Below, one piece after another: positions 8,864-19,903 of a stretch of DNA of 64,000 nt (position 1 is its first letter; the number at the start of each line of letters is the position of its first letter). The notes below the pieces were generated by a model, which was given only the letters and a program-made list of their open reading frames with translations, ran no database searches and was not told the origin of the DNA. The position numbers and the translations under genes were made by a program. Source of the DNA: Candidatus Poribacteria bacterium (lineage in GTDB: Bacteria; Poribacteria; WGA-4E; PCPOR2b); assembly GCA_965215015.1 (NCBI GenBank), contig OZ244042.1, forward strand, positions 5,600,001 through 5,664,000, written 5' to 3'.

Positions 8864-10501
8864 ATGAATCTGAATCAACTCTACTATGGCGACAATCTAG
8901 ACATTTTACGAACCCACATCCCCGACGAAAGCGTCGATCTCATCTACATTGATCCGCCGTTCAACTCAAATCAAGCGTACAACGTGATTTTCAGCGAAGC
9001 GGATGGCTCGTCGTCGCAGGCGCAGATTCAAGCTTTTGAGGATACATGGCGTTGGGGTGAAACCACCGAGCAGGCATATCATGAATTGGTCGTGACCGCG
9101 CCACCCCTTCTGGTTGAGACAATCAAGAGTTTTCGGGGCTTCCTTACAGAGACCAACCTGATGGCGTACCTCGTGATGATGGCGTTGCGATTGGTGGAGC
9201 TCCACCGCGTCCTGAAGCCGACGGGGAGTTTTTATCTCCATTGCGACCCGACAGCATCGCATTATCTGAAGATTATCTTGGATCAGATTTTTGGCGTTGA
9301 GAATTTTCGGAATGAGATTGTGTGGGAAAGAACTAATGCTCATAACATGAAAGCAAGGTACTACTCTAAAATCCATGACTTACTTCTGTTTTACTCTAAA
9401 CGCGATGACTATACTTGGAATAAACAGTACACCGAATATTCAGACGCACAATTATCCCGTTATAAAACAGATGAGGCTGGACGCCTTTACACAGGTCGAG
9501 ACTTAACAATGTCGACAGTAATGGAGAGTCGAAACTTTGAATGGAGAGGTGCCCGACCCCCTTCTCATCGAAGTTGGGGGGCATCATTAGAACAGTTGGA
9601 GAAATGGTATGCGGAGGAACGAATACTACTGAAGAAAGATGGAATCCCGCGACTTGACGGGTTAAAAGTGTATCTTGATGAACTTCCGGGAAAACAGATA
9701 CCTTCAATTTGGAATGATATTCCACGAATTGGAAACACTAGCAAAGAACGCCTTGGTTACCCCACGCAGAAACCACTTGCATTGCTAGAACGTATCATCA
9801 AGACATCATCTAACGAAGGTGATGTGGTGCTCGATGCCTTTGCTGGTTGTGGCACAACGATTGAAGCGGCTGCGACATTAAATCGCCAATGGATTGGGGT
9901 TGACATTACCCATCTTGCTGTTGCTTTATTGAAATACCGCCTTGCTGACACCTTTGGTGACGATGTGAAATATGAAATCATCGGTGAACCAAAAGACACA
10001 GCAAGCGCGAAGGCTCTAGCGGTTCAAGATCGGTATCAATTCCAGTGGTGGGCGTTGAGTCTGATTCGAGCCAGACCTTATCAAGGAAAAAAGAAGGGCG
10101 CAGACGAGGGGGTGGATGGGGTAATCTATTATGAAGATGTTGACCCGGACAACCCGAAAAAGACACTCACCCAGAAGATTGTCGTTCAGGTCAAAAGCGG
10201 GAAGGTCTCTGTCAGGGATATACGGGAACTGAAATCGGTTGTCGAAACCCAAGACGCTGTCATCGGGGTCTTTATCACGCTGAACCCCCCGACTCAACCG
10301 ATGGTCAAGGCAGCGGCGGCAGCGGGTCGTTTTCAATGGCTTCATGTCAATCACACGACATATCCAAAGATTCAGATTCGGACGATTGAGGAGCTGCTTT
10401 CGGGACACGGTATCGAATATCCGCAGACACCTGTTGATGTCACATTCCGCAGGGCAGAGCGAGCAGCCCTCCAAAGTCAGCAACTTGAAATAGAGACATG
10501 A
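8864..10501 (+). CDS. Beta-class DNA methyltransferase-Mrr-like fusion, copy 2 (different target-recognition region)
   Basis: Same N- and C-termini as copy 1. The central 139 aa are unrelated to the 88 aa at the same place in copy 1. Motif I is DAFAGCGT. Confidence 0.9.
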   Translation: MNLNQLYYGDNLDILRTHIPDESVDLIYIDPPFNSNQAYNVIFSEADGSSSQAQIQAFEDTWRWGETTEQAYHELVVTAPPLLVETIKSFRGFLTETNLMAYLVMMALRLVELHRVLKPTGSFYLHCDPTASHYLKIILDQIFGVENFRNEIVWERTNAHNMKARYYSKIHDLLLFYSKRDDYTWNKQYTEYSDAQLSRYKTDEAGRLYTGRDLTMSTVMESRNFEWRGARPPSHRSWGASLEQLEKWYAEERILLKKDGIPRLDGLKVYLDELPGKQIPSIWNDIPRIGNTSKERLGYPTQKPLALLERIIKTSSNEGDVVLDAFAGCGTTIEAAATLNRQWIGVDITHLAVALLKYRLADTFGDDVKYEIIGEPKDTASAKALAVQDRYQFQWWALSLIRARPYQGKKKGADEGVDGVIYYEDVDPDNPKKTLTQKIVVQVKSGKVSVRDIRELKSVVETQDAVIGVFITLNPPTQPMVKAAAAAGRFQWLHVNHTTYPKIQIRTIEELLSGHGIEYPQTPVDVTFRRAERAALQSQQLEIET

Positions 10502-10571
10502 TAACCTCGTGGCTATCTATTTGGAGAAGCCGGGTTTTGTCAGGTTCTCCTACTGGTAATGAACAACAAAT

Positions 10572-10599
10572 GTAGGGGTAGGTCTTATGCCTGCCCTAC
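10572..10599. repeat. GTAG-type REP-like palindrome
   Basis: gtaggggtagg-tcttatg-cctgccctac. Relatives occur at 16788, 16839, 21937, 25476, 42087 and 42172. Confidence 0.7.
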
Positions 10600-10636
10600 G
10601 ATAGGATAGCAACACCGTTCATTTCCCGAAAGGGTA

Positions 10637-11282
10637 ATGAGCCACATGAAAAAACGGCGAACACAACAATGGCTCCAAGAGATTTATAAGCATCCAAAGC
10701 GGTATGAAGCCAAGGTGGTTATCATTTTGAACGATGCCCAGATTGTGGGTATTGCTGAGGATTTTACAGAGGCAAAGCGCAAACGAGAGCAGTTAGCTGC
10801 TTCCTCTCCACCGATCTATGACAGGAAGATGACGCTTTTTCTTGTTCATCGGCAGGTCAAGCAGGTACGGATTCGTACATTATGCCTCCGCAGTCTCAGA
10901 GAAGATTTGTGGGAACCTGTATATCCTGTGAGTTAGCAAACAAATAACGGAGAGATTCAGGACTGCGAAATGTTAATTGACTCCGGAGCAGGCATCAGCC
11001 TGATTCCATTCCATACGGGTAGGTTGCTTGGCTTATCTCGTAGTAATAAAGAAATACTATCATTTGCACAAGGTATTAGGTGGGGAAGTTAGCTATTTGC
11101 TGCGGAGAATTTGTCTGGCGATTGATGGGCATCCCGTCAACGCAATGGTTGCTTGGTGTCAAGATGAAGCCATTGAGGACATGATTGTGGGCAGACAAGA
11201 TGTTTTTAATGCTTTTCACATTGAGTTTAGGCAGAACGAGAGACGAATAATATTCAAACCTGTTGAGGATAAGGAAGATTAA
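10637..11282 (+). pseudogene. Disrupted retropepsin-like aspartic protease gene
   Basis: Reading through the TAG at 10934 gives QTNNGEIQDCEMLIDSGAGISLIP (DSG motif). A frameshift at ~11075 joins it to GGEVSY...MIVGRQDVF. Confidence 0.75.
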
Positions 11283-11286
11283 TCCA

Positions 11287-12465
11287 ATGAAGGCAATTCT
11301 CGCATTAGCAGATGGAACAATCTTTGAAGGCGAACATTTCGGCGCGACGGGGGAAACCGTCGGTGAGGTAGTCTTTAACACCAGTATGACCGGCTACCAA
11401 GAAATCCTCACTGATCCATCCTACAAGGGGCAGATCGTCACGATGACCTATCCGCTAATCGGAAACTACGGCTGCAACGAGATCGATGTCGAATCAATTC
11501 GACCGCAAGCGGAAGGGTTCGTTGTGCGTGAATATAGTGCGTACCAAAGCAATTGGCGTTCACAGTCCAACCTTGGTAGCTACCTCGAAGCCAATGGGAT
11601 TATCGGCATCCACGATATTGACACGCGCGCGTTGACCAAGCGGCTCAGAGTACATGGCGTTATGGATGGTGTACTTTCGACGGAAGCCCTTGACCCTCAA
11701 AGCTTAGTTGCCAAAGCGCAGGCGTGGCACGGGTTGGTTGGTGCGGATATGGTTCAGCACGTGACGTGCCCCAATCCGTACTTATGGGAGACACGCGCCC
11801 CCGAATCGAGCACTCTGACGGACTTAACCTCCGCCGCCGATGATAAGAACTCCCAACTCACCATTGACTTTGGCACCGCGGAGATTGAGGCACCGTCAAC
11901 GCCGCAATTCCGTGTTATTGCGATGGATTTCGGGATCAAATATAACATCTTACGCCAATTTGCCGAACACGGTTGTCAGGTGCAAGTTGTTCCGGCGCAC
12001 ACTTCCGCAGCAGATATTCTCGCCGCAGATCCAGATGGTATTTTCTTATCCAACGGCCCCGGCGATCCGGAGCCGATTGAATATGGCATCAAGACGATTC
12101 AGCAGTTGGTTGGAGTGAAGCCGACCTTTGGTATCTGTTTGGGGCATCAATTGTTGGGACTTGCATTCGGCGGAAAGACCTTCAAACTCAAGTTTGGACA
12201 TCGCGGCGCGAATCAACCTGTTAAACGATTTGACACAGATCAGGTCGAAATCACCTCACAAAATCACGGTTTCTGCGTGGACATTGACTCATTGCCAAGC
12301 ACTGTAGAGGTGACGCATATCAACCTGAATGATCAGACCCTTGAAGGGATGGAACACAGAGAATATCCAATCTTCTCTGTGCAATACCATCCGGAAGCGT
12401 CTCCCGGGCCTCATGACGCGAGTTATCTTTTTAAGAAGTTTACAGATATGATGCGTAAGACGTGA
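11287..12465 (+). CDS. carA: Carbamoyl-phosphate synthase small subunit
   Basis: Motifs GEVVFNTSMTGYQE, LSNGPGDP, GICLGHQ and QYHPE. Confidence 0.97.
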   Translation: MKAILALADGTIFEGEHFGATGETVGEVVFNTSMTGYQEILTDPSYKGQIVTMTYPLIGNYGCNEIDVESIRPQAEGFVVREYSAYQSNWRSQSNLGSYLEANGIIGIHDIDTRALTKRLRVHGVMDGVLSTEALDPQSLVAKAQAWHGLVGADMVQHVTCPNPYLWETRAPESSTLTDLTSAADDKNSQLTIDFGTAEIEAPSTPQFRVIAMDFGIKYNILRQFAEHGCQVQVVPAHTSAADILAADPDGIFLSNGPGDPEPIEYGIKTIQQLVGVKPTFGICLGHQLLGLAFGGKTFKLKFGHRGANQPVKRFDTDQVEITSQNHGFCVDIDSLPSTVEVTHINLNDQTLEGMEHREYPIFSVQYHPEASPGPHDASYLFKKFTDMMRKT

Positions 12466-12587
12466 TGTGTGAAACGTGAGAAATAAAACAACGCAATACT
12501 GCAATGAGGTAAAGGGAAAGAAGAAAAAAATCCTTGCGCCTTTACGTTAAATTCTGTTTTGATAACAATACGATAAGGTTATTTACC

Positions 12588-15500
12588 ATGCCAAAGCGAA
12601 CTGACATCGAAAAGATTTTAATCATCGGCTCCGGTCCGATTATTATCGGTCAAGCCTGCGAGTTTGACTATTCGGGCACCCAGGCGTGTAAATCCTTGAA
12701 GGAGGAGGGGTATGAAGTTGTCCTTGTCAACAGCAATCCGGCAACGATTATGACGGACACGGAGCTTGCAGACCGAACCTATGTTGAACCAATCGGGGCG
12801 GATATCGCCGAAAAAATTATTGCTAAAGAACGCCCCCAAGCCCTACTCCCAACTTTGGGCGGACAGACCGGGTTGAATGTCTCTGTTGAGCTGGCGGAAT
12901 CGGGGGCACTGGATAAATACGGGGTTGAGTTAATTGGGGCGAAACTTCACGCCATCCAGAAGGCGGAAGATCGAGAGTTGTTCAAAAAGGCGATGGTGCA
13001 CATTGGTTTGGCAGTGCCAAAAAGCGGGATTGCCCATTCGTTTGATGATACCATTGCTATTATTGATGAGATCGGTTACCCAGCGATTATCCGGCCAGCA
13101 TTTACACTCGGTGGCACCGGCGGCGGAATTGCTTACAATATCGAAGAGTTTCGGGAGATGGTCGAGTACGGATTGGGGTTGAGCCCGGTCAACGAGGTGT
13201 TAATCGAAGAATCGGTGATTGGTTGGAAAGAGTTTGAGCTTGAGGTGATGCGGGATGGAACGGATAACGTCGTGATTATCTGCTCCATTGAGAATTTTGA
13301 TCCGATGGGAGTTCACACCGGGGATAGCATTACGGTTGCACCCGCTCAGACCTTGACGGACAAAGAATATCAACAGATGCGGGATGCGGCGATTAAGATT
13401 ATTCGTGAAATTGGTGTGGACACCGGTGGTTCAAATATCCAGTTTGCGGTCGATCCAGCAACAGGGAAACAGGTTGTGATTGAAATGAACCCGCGGGTCT
13501 CTCGAAGTTCTGCGCTTGCCTCGAAAGCGACCGGATTTCCAATAGCAAAGATTGCAGCAAAGCTGGCCGTCGGATACACGCTCGACGAGCTCCCCAACGA
13601 TATTACGCGCAAAACCCCCGCATCGTTTGAACCGACCATTGATTACGTTGTGACAAAGATTCCGCGTTGGGCGTTTGAGAAATTCGCCGGTACTGACGAA
13701 ACGCTGACTACGATGATGAAGTCCGTGGGTGAGGCGATGGCAATCGGACGGACATTCAAGGAATCCTTGCAGAAAGGGCTGAGATCTTTAGAAAACGGTT
13801 GGGCAGGACTCGACAGCACCCCCATTGAGAAATTGCCGATCTCGGAGCTACCACAGAAGTTGGCCATCCCCAATATGAAGCGCATCCTTTACATAAAACA
13901 GGCTTTCCAAAGCGGAATGAATATCGATCAGATTCACGGATATACGCAAATCGATCCATTTTTCCTGTATAATATAAAGGAGATTCTTGATCTTGAGGAG
14001 AAAATTCGGAAAGTCGGAAGCGAAAGCAGGCTGGACGCTCTGGATATCTCTCAGCTGCCTGATTGGTCCCTTTCCCTGCTCCGCAAGGCAAAGCAGTACG
14101 GCTTTTCGGATCGCCAGATAGGAGAGCTTTGGGACGCTTCTGAAACAAGTATCCGAGGCCTGCGGAAGGAACATGGGATTGAAGCGACGTTTAAGACAGT
14201 GGATACATGTGCTGCGGAATTTGAGGCGGAGACGCCTTACTACTACTCTACCTACAGCATGGAGGATGAGGTACGACCTAGCCAGAAGAAGAAGATTCTA
14301 ATTTTGGGTAGCGGTCCGAATCGGATTGGTCAGGGAATTGAGTTTGATTACTGTTGTGTTCACGCTGCACTCGCGCTTAAAGAGGATAACTATGAGACCA
14401 TTATGGTTAACAGCAATCCCGAGACCGTGAGCACGGATTATGATACCTCGGATCGGCTCTATTTTGAACCGCTCACACACGAAAATGTGTTGAACATCGT
14501 TGATCGGGAAAAGCCGGACGGGGTTATTGTGCAGCTCGGTGGTCAAACGCCCCTGAATCTGGCACTCGGACTCCAGAAAGCGGGTGTTCCGATTATAGGA
14601 ACAAGCCCAGAGGACATTGCGAGATCGGAGGATCGGAAGCAGTTTACAGAGTTGCTTGATGGACTTGGCTTGAAGCAGCCTCCAAATGGTACGGCAACTT
14701 CAGCCAAAGCAGCGAAGCCGATTGCCGCGGCACTTGGATACCCGGTTATGGTGCGTCCTTCGTACGTTTTGGGGGGACGGGCAATGCAGATTGTGTATGA
14801 TCAGGAGGCTTTGGAGGCATATATGGATTCGGCGGTCGCAGCCTCGCCGGAGCATCCTGTGCTGATTGACAAGTATGTGGAGGACGCGATTGAGGTTGAC
14901 GTTGATGCGATTTCTGACGGGAATCTTACCGTCGTCGGCGGCATTATGGAACATATCGAAGAGGCAGGAATCCACTCTGGCGACAGCGACTGTGTATTGC
15001 CGCCTTACACCCTTGTTGAAGAACAGATTGATGCGCTCAAGGAGTATACTGACGCGCTTGCGAAGGCACTCAACGTGCGTGGACTGATGAATATACAGTA
15101 TGCGATAAAAAACGATGAGATTTATGTGCTGGAGGTCAACCCGCGGGCGTCGCGAACTGTGCCGTTTGTGAGCAAAACCATTGGGGTCCCGTTGGCAAAG
15201 CTCGCCGCTCGCATCATGACGGGACACACCCTTGAAGAGCTTGGATTTACTCAGGAGATTGAGCCGGATTATTTTTCAGTGAAAGCACCCGTGTTTCCGT
15301 TCAATCGCTTTCCGGGGGCAAGTTCTCAACTCGGTCCTGAGATGAAATCAACGGGTGAAGTGATGGGGATTGATACAGATCTGAGCATCGCCTTTGCCAA
15401 AGCACAACAGGCGGTAGGCTATGGCTTACCTCTCGGTGGTCATGCATTTATCAGCGTCAAAAATAAGGATAAACGTGCCATTATCTTCATCGCCAAAAAA

Positions 15501-15842
15501 CTGGTTGATATGGGCTTTCAACTGATCGCTACGCACGGCACAGCGAAGGTGCTTCGTCGGAACGGCATGGAGGTGACGCTGGTTCATAGTATCGGCAAAG
15601 GGCGTCCGACCATTCACGATTATGTCAAAAACCACGCCGTTGACCTGATTATCAATACACCGACTGGATATGCTCATCGTCCAAATGAGGAATTAATTCG
15701 GCAGATGGCAATTGATTATGGGATTACCCTATTTTCTACAATCGCCGGGGCGTCAGCGGCAATCAGTGGCATCGATGCGCTCCGCCGTGGCGAGATTACT
15801 GTAACTCCATTACAAGATTATTACGTGAAACATGGAGCGTGA
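12588..15842 (+). CDS. carB: Carbamoyl-phosphate synthase large subunit
   Basis: Starts MPKRTDI; motifs [20 protein letters not shown] and EVNPRASRT; C-terminal MGS domain. Confidence 0.98.
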   Translation: MPKRTDIEKILIIGSGPIIIGQACEFDYSGTQACKSLKEEGYEVVLVNSNPATIMTDTELADRTYVEPIGADIAEKIIAKERPQALLPTLGGQTGLNVSVELAESGALDKYGVELIGAKLHAIQKAEDRELFKKAMVHIGLAVPKSGIAHSFDDTIAIIDEIGYPAIIRPAFTLGGTGGGIAYNIEEFREMVEYGLGLSPVNEVLIEESVIGWKEFELEVMRDGTDNVVIICSIENFDPMGVHTGDSITVAPAQTLTDKEYQQMRDAAIKIIREIGVDTGGSNIQFAVDPATGKQVVIEMNPRVSRSSALASKATGFPIAKIAAKLAVGYTLDELPNDITRKTPASFEPTIDYVVTKIPRWAFEKFAGTDETLTTMMKSVGEAMAIGRTFKESLQKGLRSLENGWAGLDSTPIEKLPISELPQKLAIPNMKRILYIKQAFQSGMNIDQIHGYTQIDPFFLYNIKEILDLEEKIRKVGSESRLDALDISQLPDWSLSLLRKAKQYGFSDRQIGELWDASETSIRGLRKEHGIEATFKTVDTCAAEFEAETPYYYSTYSMEDEVRPSQKKKILILGSGPNRIGQGIEFDYCCVHAALALKEDNYETIMVNSNPETVSTDYDTSDRLYFEPLTHENVLNIVDREKPDGVIVQLGGQTPLNLALGLQKAGVPIIGTSPEDIARSEDRKQFTELLDGLGLKQPPNGTATSAKAAKPIAAALGYPVMVRPSYVLGGRAMQIVYDQEALEAYMDSAVAASPEHPVLIDKYVEDAIEVDVDAISDGNLTVVGGIMEHIEEAGIHSGDSDCVLPPYTLVEEQIDALKEYTDALAKALNVRGLMNIQYAIKNDEIYVLEVNPRASRTVPFVSKTIGVPLAKLAARIMTGHTLEELGFTQEIEPDYFSVKAPVFPFNRFPGASSQLGPEMKSTGEVMGIDTDLSIAFAKAQQAVGYGLPLGGHAFISVKNKDKRAIIFIAKKLVDMGFQLIATHGTAKVLRRNGMEVTLVHSIGKGRPTIHDYVKNHAVDLIINTPTGYAHRPNEELIRQMAIDYGITLFSTIAGASAAISGIDALRRGEITVTPLQDYYVKHGA

Positions 15843-15957
15843 AGTGTGAAACGTGAAGAGGTAGAAGGAAATCCGGAGATAATTCTTGGGAAATTTTATA
15901 GCACGTTCTTAACTCTAGCAATATAGCATATTACATATTTGTAGGAAGGAGACAAAT

Positions 15958-16761
15958 ATGGCAACTAATCAGGTCGAGAGAAATCAGGTGGAAAGAAATA
16001 CACGTCTGGTTCGTGCGCTTGATGAGATTTTGGATAGTTTAGCGTTTGATGTGGCTCACCCAATAAAGGTTCTAAAGTTGGCGGATGGGAAAGAAGTTGT
16101 TGTTGTGCAATCAAATGCGTTCACAATTTCACGCATCTACACGTCGGGACGCCCCGATGGCAAGAGACCCCATGGGCGAGAATCCTACTATGCGTATTTC
16201 TGCGAACAACTTGAAGATTATAAGCAGCAGCATGGTAGCGATGAGGGGTTTGGTTTAACACCGGATGATTGGCATGTTTTATTCCGAGAATCCTATGATA
16301 GGTATACCCGTTATCTGTTGTTCGCGGGGATTAAACGCTGGGCAGATGTCAAACGCGACACCGACACGAACCTTGCCGTTACAAATATGGGAAAGAAATA
16401 TGCCCCTTCTGAGATTGCGTGGGAAAGCTATCAATATAAGGGCTATATGCTCATGATGAACAGCATGGCGAACGCTGAACTTTGCCTGATGGCGGACGAC
16501 GGACAAAGTGCATTGGAGCAGGTTGATTTAGGAATTCAACGCATTGGGAAATTCTGTGGTGAGTGTTTGCGTGAGAACTATGGAGATGCGGAAAACATTA
16601 CCCGTGAACGTTATTTGAGTAACCTAATTGAGTTTCGGTCAGATCTTGAAGAGGTGGAAGAGGTGCTAGAGGGAGAACGGGAGGCCCTCGAAAATGAGAA
16701 CGATGATGTGGATTTTCTAGAGGAGTTGGAAGAACTTTTGAATGAGGAGAACACCAATTAA
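15958..16761 (+). CDS. Conserved hypothetical protein with GRPDGxRPHG motif and acidic tail
   Basis: Strong RBS (GGAAGGAG). From recall, it resembles a PVC-group family often annotated 'UvrB/UvrC-motif protein', but no UVR motif is visible here. Confidence 0.7.
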   Translation: MATNQVERNQVERNTRLVRALDEILDSLAFDVAHPIKVLKLADGKEVVVVQSNAFTISRIYTSGRPDGKRPHGRESYYAYFCEQLEDYKQQHGSDEGFGLTPDDWHVLFRESYDRYTRYLLFAGIKRWADVKRDTDTNLAVTNMGKKYAPSEIAWESYQYKGYMLMMNSMANAELCLMADDGQSALEQVDLGIQRIGKFCGECLRENYGDAENITRERYLSNLIEFRSDLEEVEEVLEGEREALENENDDVDFLEELEELLNEENTN

Positions 16762-16910
16762 GTTCCAGCACGGAGTTACGCACTTCAGTAGGGAACACCG
16801 ATCGTTGTTCCCTATGGATACTTAATAGTACACCTATTGTAGTTGCCCGATTCATCGGGCGTCGTATGGTCCGGTGATTCATCACCGAGGATACCATTTA
16901 CATAGTTCGT

Positions 16911-17431
16911 AAAGTTGATTGAACTGGTAAACCTTTGTCTGAATCAGGAGACTCAGGATTGAAGGATTGACAGGATAAAAACCGTGAAGTTGACTATGAC
17001 ACTGATAGAGGGGCATGGGGGTTGCTATACCTACATAGCCCTGCCCCGATACGGGATTCAAACCAACTGGATGGACAAGAGGCCCGACCTAAAAGTTGAT
17101 TGAACTGATAAACCTTTGTCTGAATCAGGAGACTCAGGATTGAAGGATTGACAGGATAAAAACCGTGAAGTTGACTATGACACTGATAGAGGGGCATGGG
17201 GGTTGCTATACCTACATCGCCCTGCCCCGATACGGGATTCAAACCAACTGGACGGGCAAGAGGCCCGACCTAAAAGTTGATTGAACTGGTAAACCTTTGT
17301 CTGAATCAGGAGACTCAGGATTGAAGGATTGACAGGATAAAAACCGTGAAGTTGACTATGACACTGATAGAGGGGCATGGGGGTTGCTATGCCTACATCG
17401 CCCTGCCCCGATACGGGATTCAAACCAACTG
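16911..17431. repeat. Tandem array of a 181-bp unit (about 2.9 copies) plus a detached partial copy at 17574-17635
   Basis: aaagttgattgaactg starts at 16911, 17092 and 17273. The units are near-identical and have no spacers. Confidence 0.95.
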
Positions 17432-17755
17432 GAGCAATGGGTCGCTACGGGTATGATACCCAATGATAGCACTTCCGGCGTTTCAAGTCCATCGGGACCT
17501 AGAAACGCCGATCCCGTTCCGATGAATCAGAGGAATCCTTGACGAGTCGGGAGATTTAGAGCAATATGCCTACTACATAGTTCGTAAAGTTGATTGAACT
17601 GGTAAACCTTTGTCTGAATCAGGAGACTCAGGATTATGGGACTCAAGTTGACACCCAAAGGACAAGAAAGGTCCGAGAAGCGTACATCATTTACTTTCAA
17701 GACTGACAACTTCTCAGAAATGTAACGCATCTGATTAATATTTAGATCATTGGAC

Positions 17756-17793
17756 TTATGAGCACCCCTCACGTAAATGAGGGGTGCTCATAA
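17756..17793. repeat. Perfect 16-bp-stem palindrome made of two back-to-back GGGGTGCTCATAA element ends
   Basis: ttatgagcacccctca-cgtaaa-tgaggggtgctcataa. The same motif bounds the element at 25406-25581. Confidence 0.75.
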
Positions 17794-18021
17794 TTATTGT
17801 CTGAATCGCAGATTAAACTGATGACGCAGATTGCACGGATGCAGATAAGGGGCTCAGGTACTAGATGCCCACCGACGGGGTGAGGGATATTTTATTCCCC
17901 ATTCGGGTTGGGAGTTTAATGGAAGTTGCGTGTTAGCCAAGCAACATGCCGTAACGGTCTACCTGTGTGAAACGTGAGAAGCAGAACGAGGTCCCCCTAC
18001 GATTACTCAGGGCACCCCCGC

Positions 18022-19014
18022 CTACGGTACTTCGACCCCTTCAAAAACCTGTTTGATAATCTGTTCAGAAGAGATCTCCTCCGCCTCCGCTTCGTAGCTA
18101 ACGATCACGCGGTGTCTGAGGATATCCATGCCGACCGCGTAGACATCTTCTGGCGTCACATACCCGCGATGACGGAGGAAAGCGTGGGCTTTGGCCGCCA
18201 TCGCGAGGAAGATTGTCGCCCGCGGCGATGCACCGTATTCGATAAGGTCTGTGAGTTGATCCAATTGGTATTTTGCTGGCTCACGGGTGGCACAGACGAG
18301 ATCCACAATATAGTTTTCAATCTTCTCGTCCATGTAGATTTCACGGACTGTTGTGCGGAGTTGGAGAATTTCTTGCGGAGATATGACTTGTTGCATCGGT
18401 TGAAGTTCTTCCCGTGTGATTTGCCGTAAAATCGAAAGTTCTTCGGTCCGCGAGGGATAGGTCACCTGTAATTTGAGCATGAACCGGTCTACCTGTGCTT
18501 CTGGAAGGGGATAAGTTCCCTCTTGCTCAATTGGGTTTTGGGTTGCTAGGACGAGGAAGGGTGGGTCAAGGGGATAGGTTTCATCGCCGATTGTTACCTG
18601 CCGCTCTTGCATCGCTTCGAGGAGTGCGCTTTGGACCTTGGCGGGCGCACGGTTAATTTCGTCGGCGAGAACAAGGTTAGCGAAAATGGGACCCTTTTTG
18701 ACATAAAAATCGCCCGAACGTTGGTTATAGATTTGGGTGCCGATTAGGTCAGCAGGCAAAAGGTCAGGGGTAAATTGGAGGCGTTTGAAAGAGACAGCAA
18801 TTGTGTTGGAAAGGGCTTGGACAGCGGTTGTCTTAGCGAGACCGGGAACGCCCTCTAACAGGATATGACCGTTGCAGAGCAACCCGATAATCATCCGCTC
18901 GATCATATACTTCTGTCCAACGATAACTTTCCGAATCTCTTCAAAGATTGTTTCAACAAAGGCACTTGCCTCCTGAATCCTTGCGTTCAACGCCGTCAGT
19001 TCAGATTCTCTCAT
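18022..19014 (-). CDS. moxR: MoxR-family AAA+ ATPase
   Basis: Motifs LLEGVPGLAKT, QFTPDLLPAD, DEINRAPAKVQSALLEAM and ATQNPIEQEGTYPLPEAQ. Confidence 0.95.
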   Translation of the reverse strand: MRESELTALNARIQEASAFVETIFEEIRKVIVGQKYMIERMIIGLLCNGHILLEGVPGLAKTTAVQALSNTIAVSFKRLQFTPDLLPADLIGTQIYNQRSGDFYVKKGPIFANLVLADEINRAPAKVQSALLEAMQERQVTIGDETYPLDPPFLVLATQNPIEQEGTYPLPEAQVDRFMLKLQVTYPSRTEELSILRQITREELQPMQQVISPQEILQLRTTVREIYMDEKIENYIVDLVCATREPAKYQLDQLTDLIEYGASPRATIFLAMAAKAHAFLRHRGYVTPEDVYAVGMDILRHRVIVSYEAEAEEISSEQIIKQVFEGVEVP

Positions 19015-19111
19015 GTCTCAATTCCATCGTGGATTCACGATTGTGTAAGTCCCGATCTGATCGAACCAACACAATCGGAACCGACTCCTCAATTAGGTTG
19101 AACACCGAGGT

Positions 19112-19903
19112 TCAACCTTGAAGCCCCCTCCTGTAATTTTTATAGATCTCGCTAGTTTCATCTCCCTCTATATCCGCTTCAAATTCATCGGTTTCAACGG
19201 GTGACACAACAATTTGGCTTTCAAGAAACTCCCGCGCTGTCTGATAGATTCGCTCTTGGTCTGAATGGGAGGGGCGATGCTTAGAAAATTGAATCATGTC
19301 GCATGATCGGAGAATCTCGCCAACATGATCTGTAATACTATCGGTTAAGCCGTTGGGGAGCGCGGATAGGATTTGTCCGGTGGTGGCATCTAGGCCCTTG
19401 ATTTGGTATTTTTCTCCCACATACCGTTTGATAATTACCGCGATCGCTTCGTAGTATTCTTGGATGCGGCTTGATTCGCACAAAGCTCGCACCCGCTCTA
19501 AGTCCGTGAGTGCGATAGACTCAAGGGTATATTTATCGCGCGCTAAGGGGCTATCCTGCTCAGTCAACGGGGCGGGTCTATTAGAGCGCGTGGTGCCACG
19601 GGGGGGCACCGGAGAGGGCGAAGGGGGGATATATGTCGGCGGCGATATATCCCAATTTTTGGGTGTCCGTCGCCGTGGAAATAAGCCGGTCAATGAGGGG
19701 TTGTTTCGGCGCAGCCAGACATAGATACCACCTCCGAGGGCAATGATAAGCAATGCGGGGACCACAACGCCAAGAATTGCGCCAAAGATGCCCGGAGTTC
19801 CATTATTGCCGTTGAAATCGTTACTCGCTGCAAAGAGGGGGGCGGTGCCCAGAGCAAATTGGACACAAATTAAAACAGAAGTTGAATTGATTACTCGTTG
19901 CAC
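19112..19903 (-). CDS. MoxR-associated membrane protein (BatD/DUF4381-like C-terminus)
   Basis: Signal-like N-terminus, a TM helix and a Pro-rich linker, then 'YY..I..IIKRY....Y.I...DATT.QIL...CD.I.F'. It lies directly upstream of moxR. Confidence 0.65.
   Translation of the reverse strand: MQRVINSTSVLICVQFALGTAPLFAASNDFNGNNGTPGIFGAILGVVVPALLIIALGGGIYVWLRRNNPSLTGLFPRRRTPKNWDISPPTYIPPSPSPVPPRGTTRSNRPAPLTEQDSPLARDKYTLESIALTDLERVRALCESSRIQEYYEAIAVIIKRYVGEKYQIKGLDATTGQILSALPNGLTDSITDHVGEILRSCDMIQFSKHRPSHSDQERIYQTAREFLESQIVVSPVETDEFEADIEGDETSEIYKNYRRGLQG

Larger units (their letters stand above)
7184..10568 (+). repeat. Tandem duplication of the MTase unit including 5' and 3' flanks
   Basis: 7184-7662 matches 8847-9325, and ~8074-8752 matches ~9890-10568, with only scattered substitutions. 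Confidence 0.93.

Noticed and set aside
10934-10936. Pyrrolysine or programmed TAG read-through
   Set aside because: The same gene also has a frameshift and the TAG is not at a catalytic position, so pseudogenisation is the simpler explanation.
6589-11286. Integron cassette array (GNAT, MTases, protease)
   Set aside because: No convincing attC sites (RYYYAAC...GTTRRRY) and no integrase were found.
16911-17431. CRISPR array
   Set aside because: The units are 181 bp and near-identical throughout, with no unique spacers and no cas genes.
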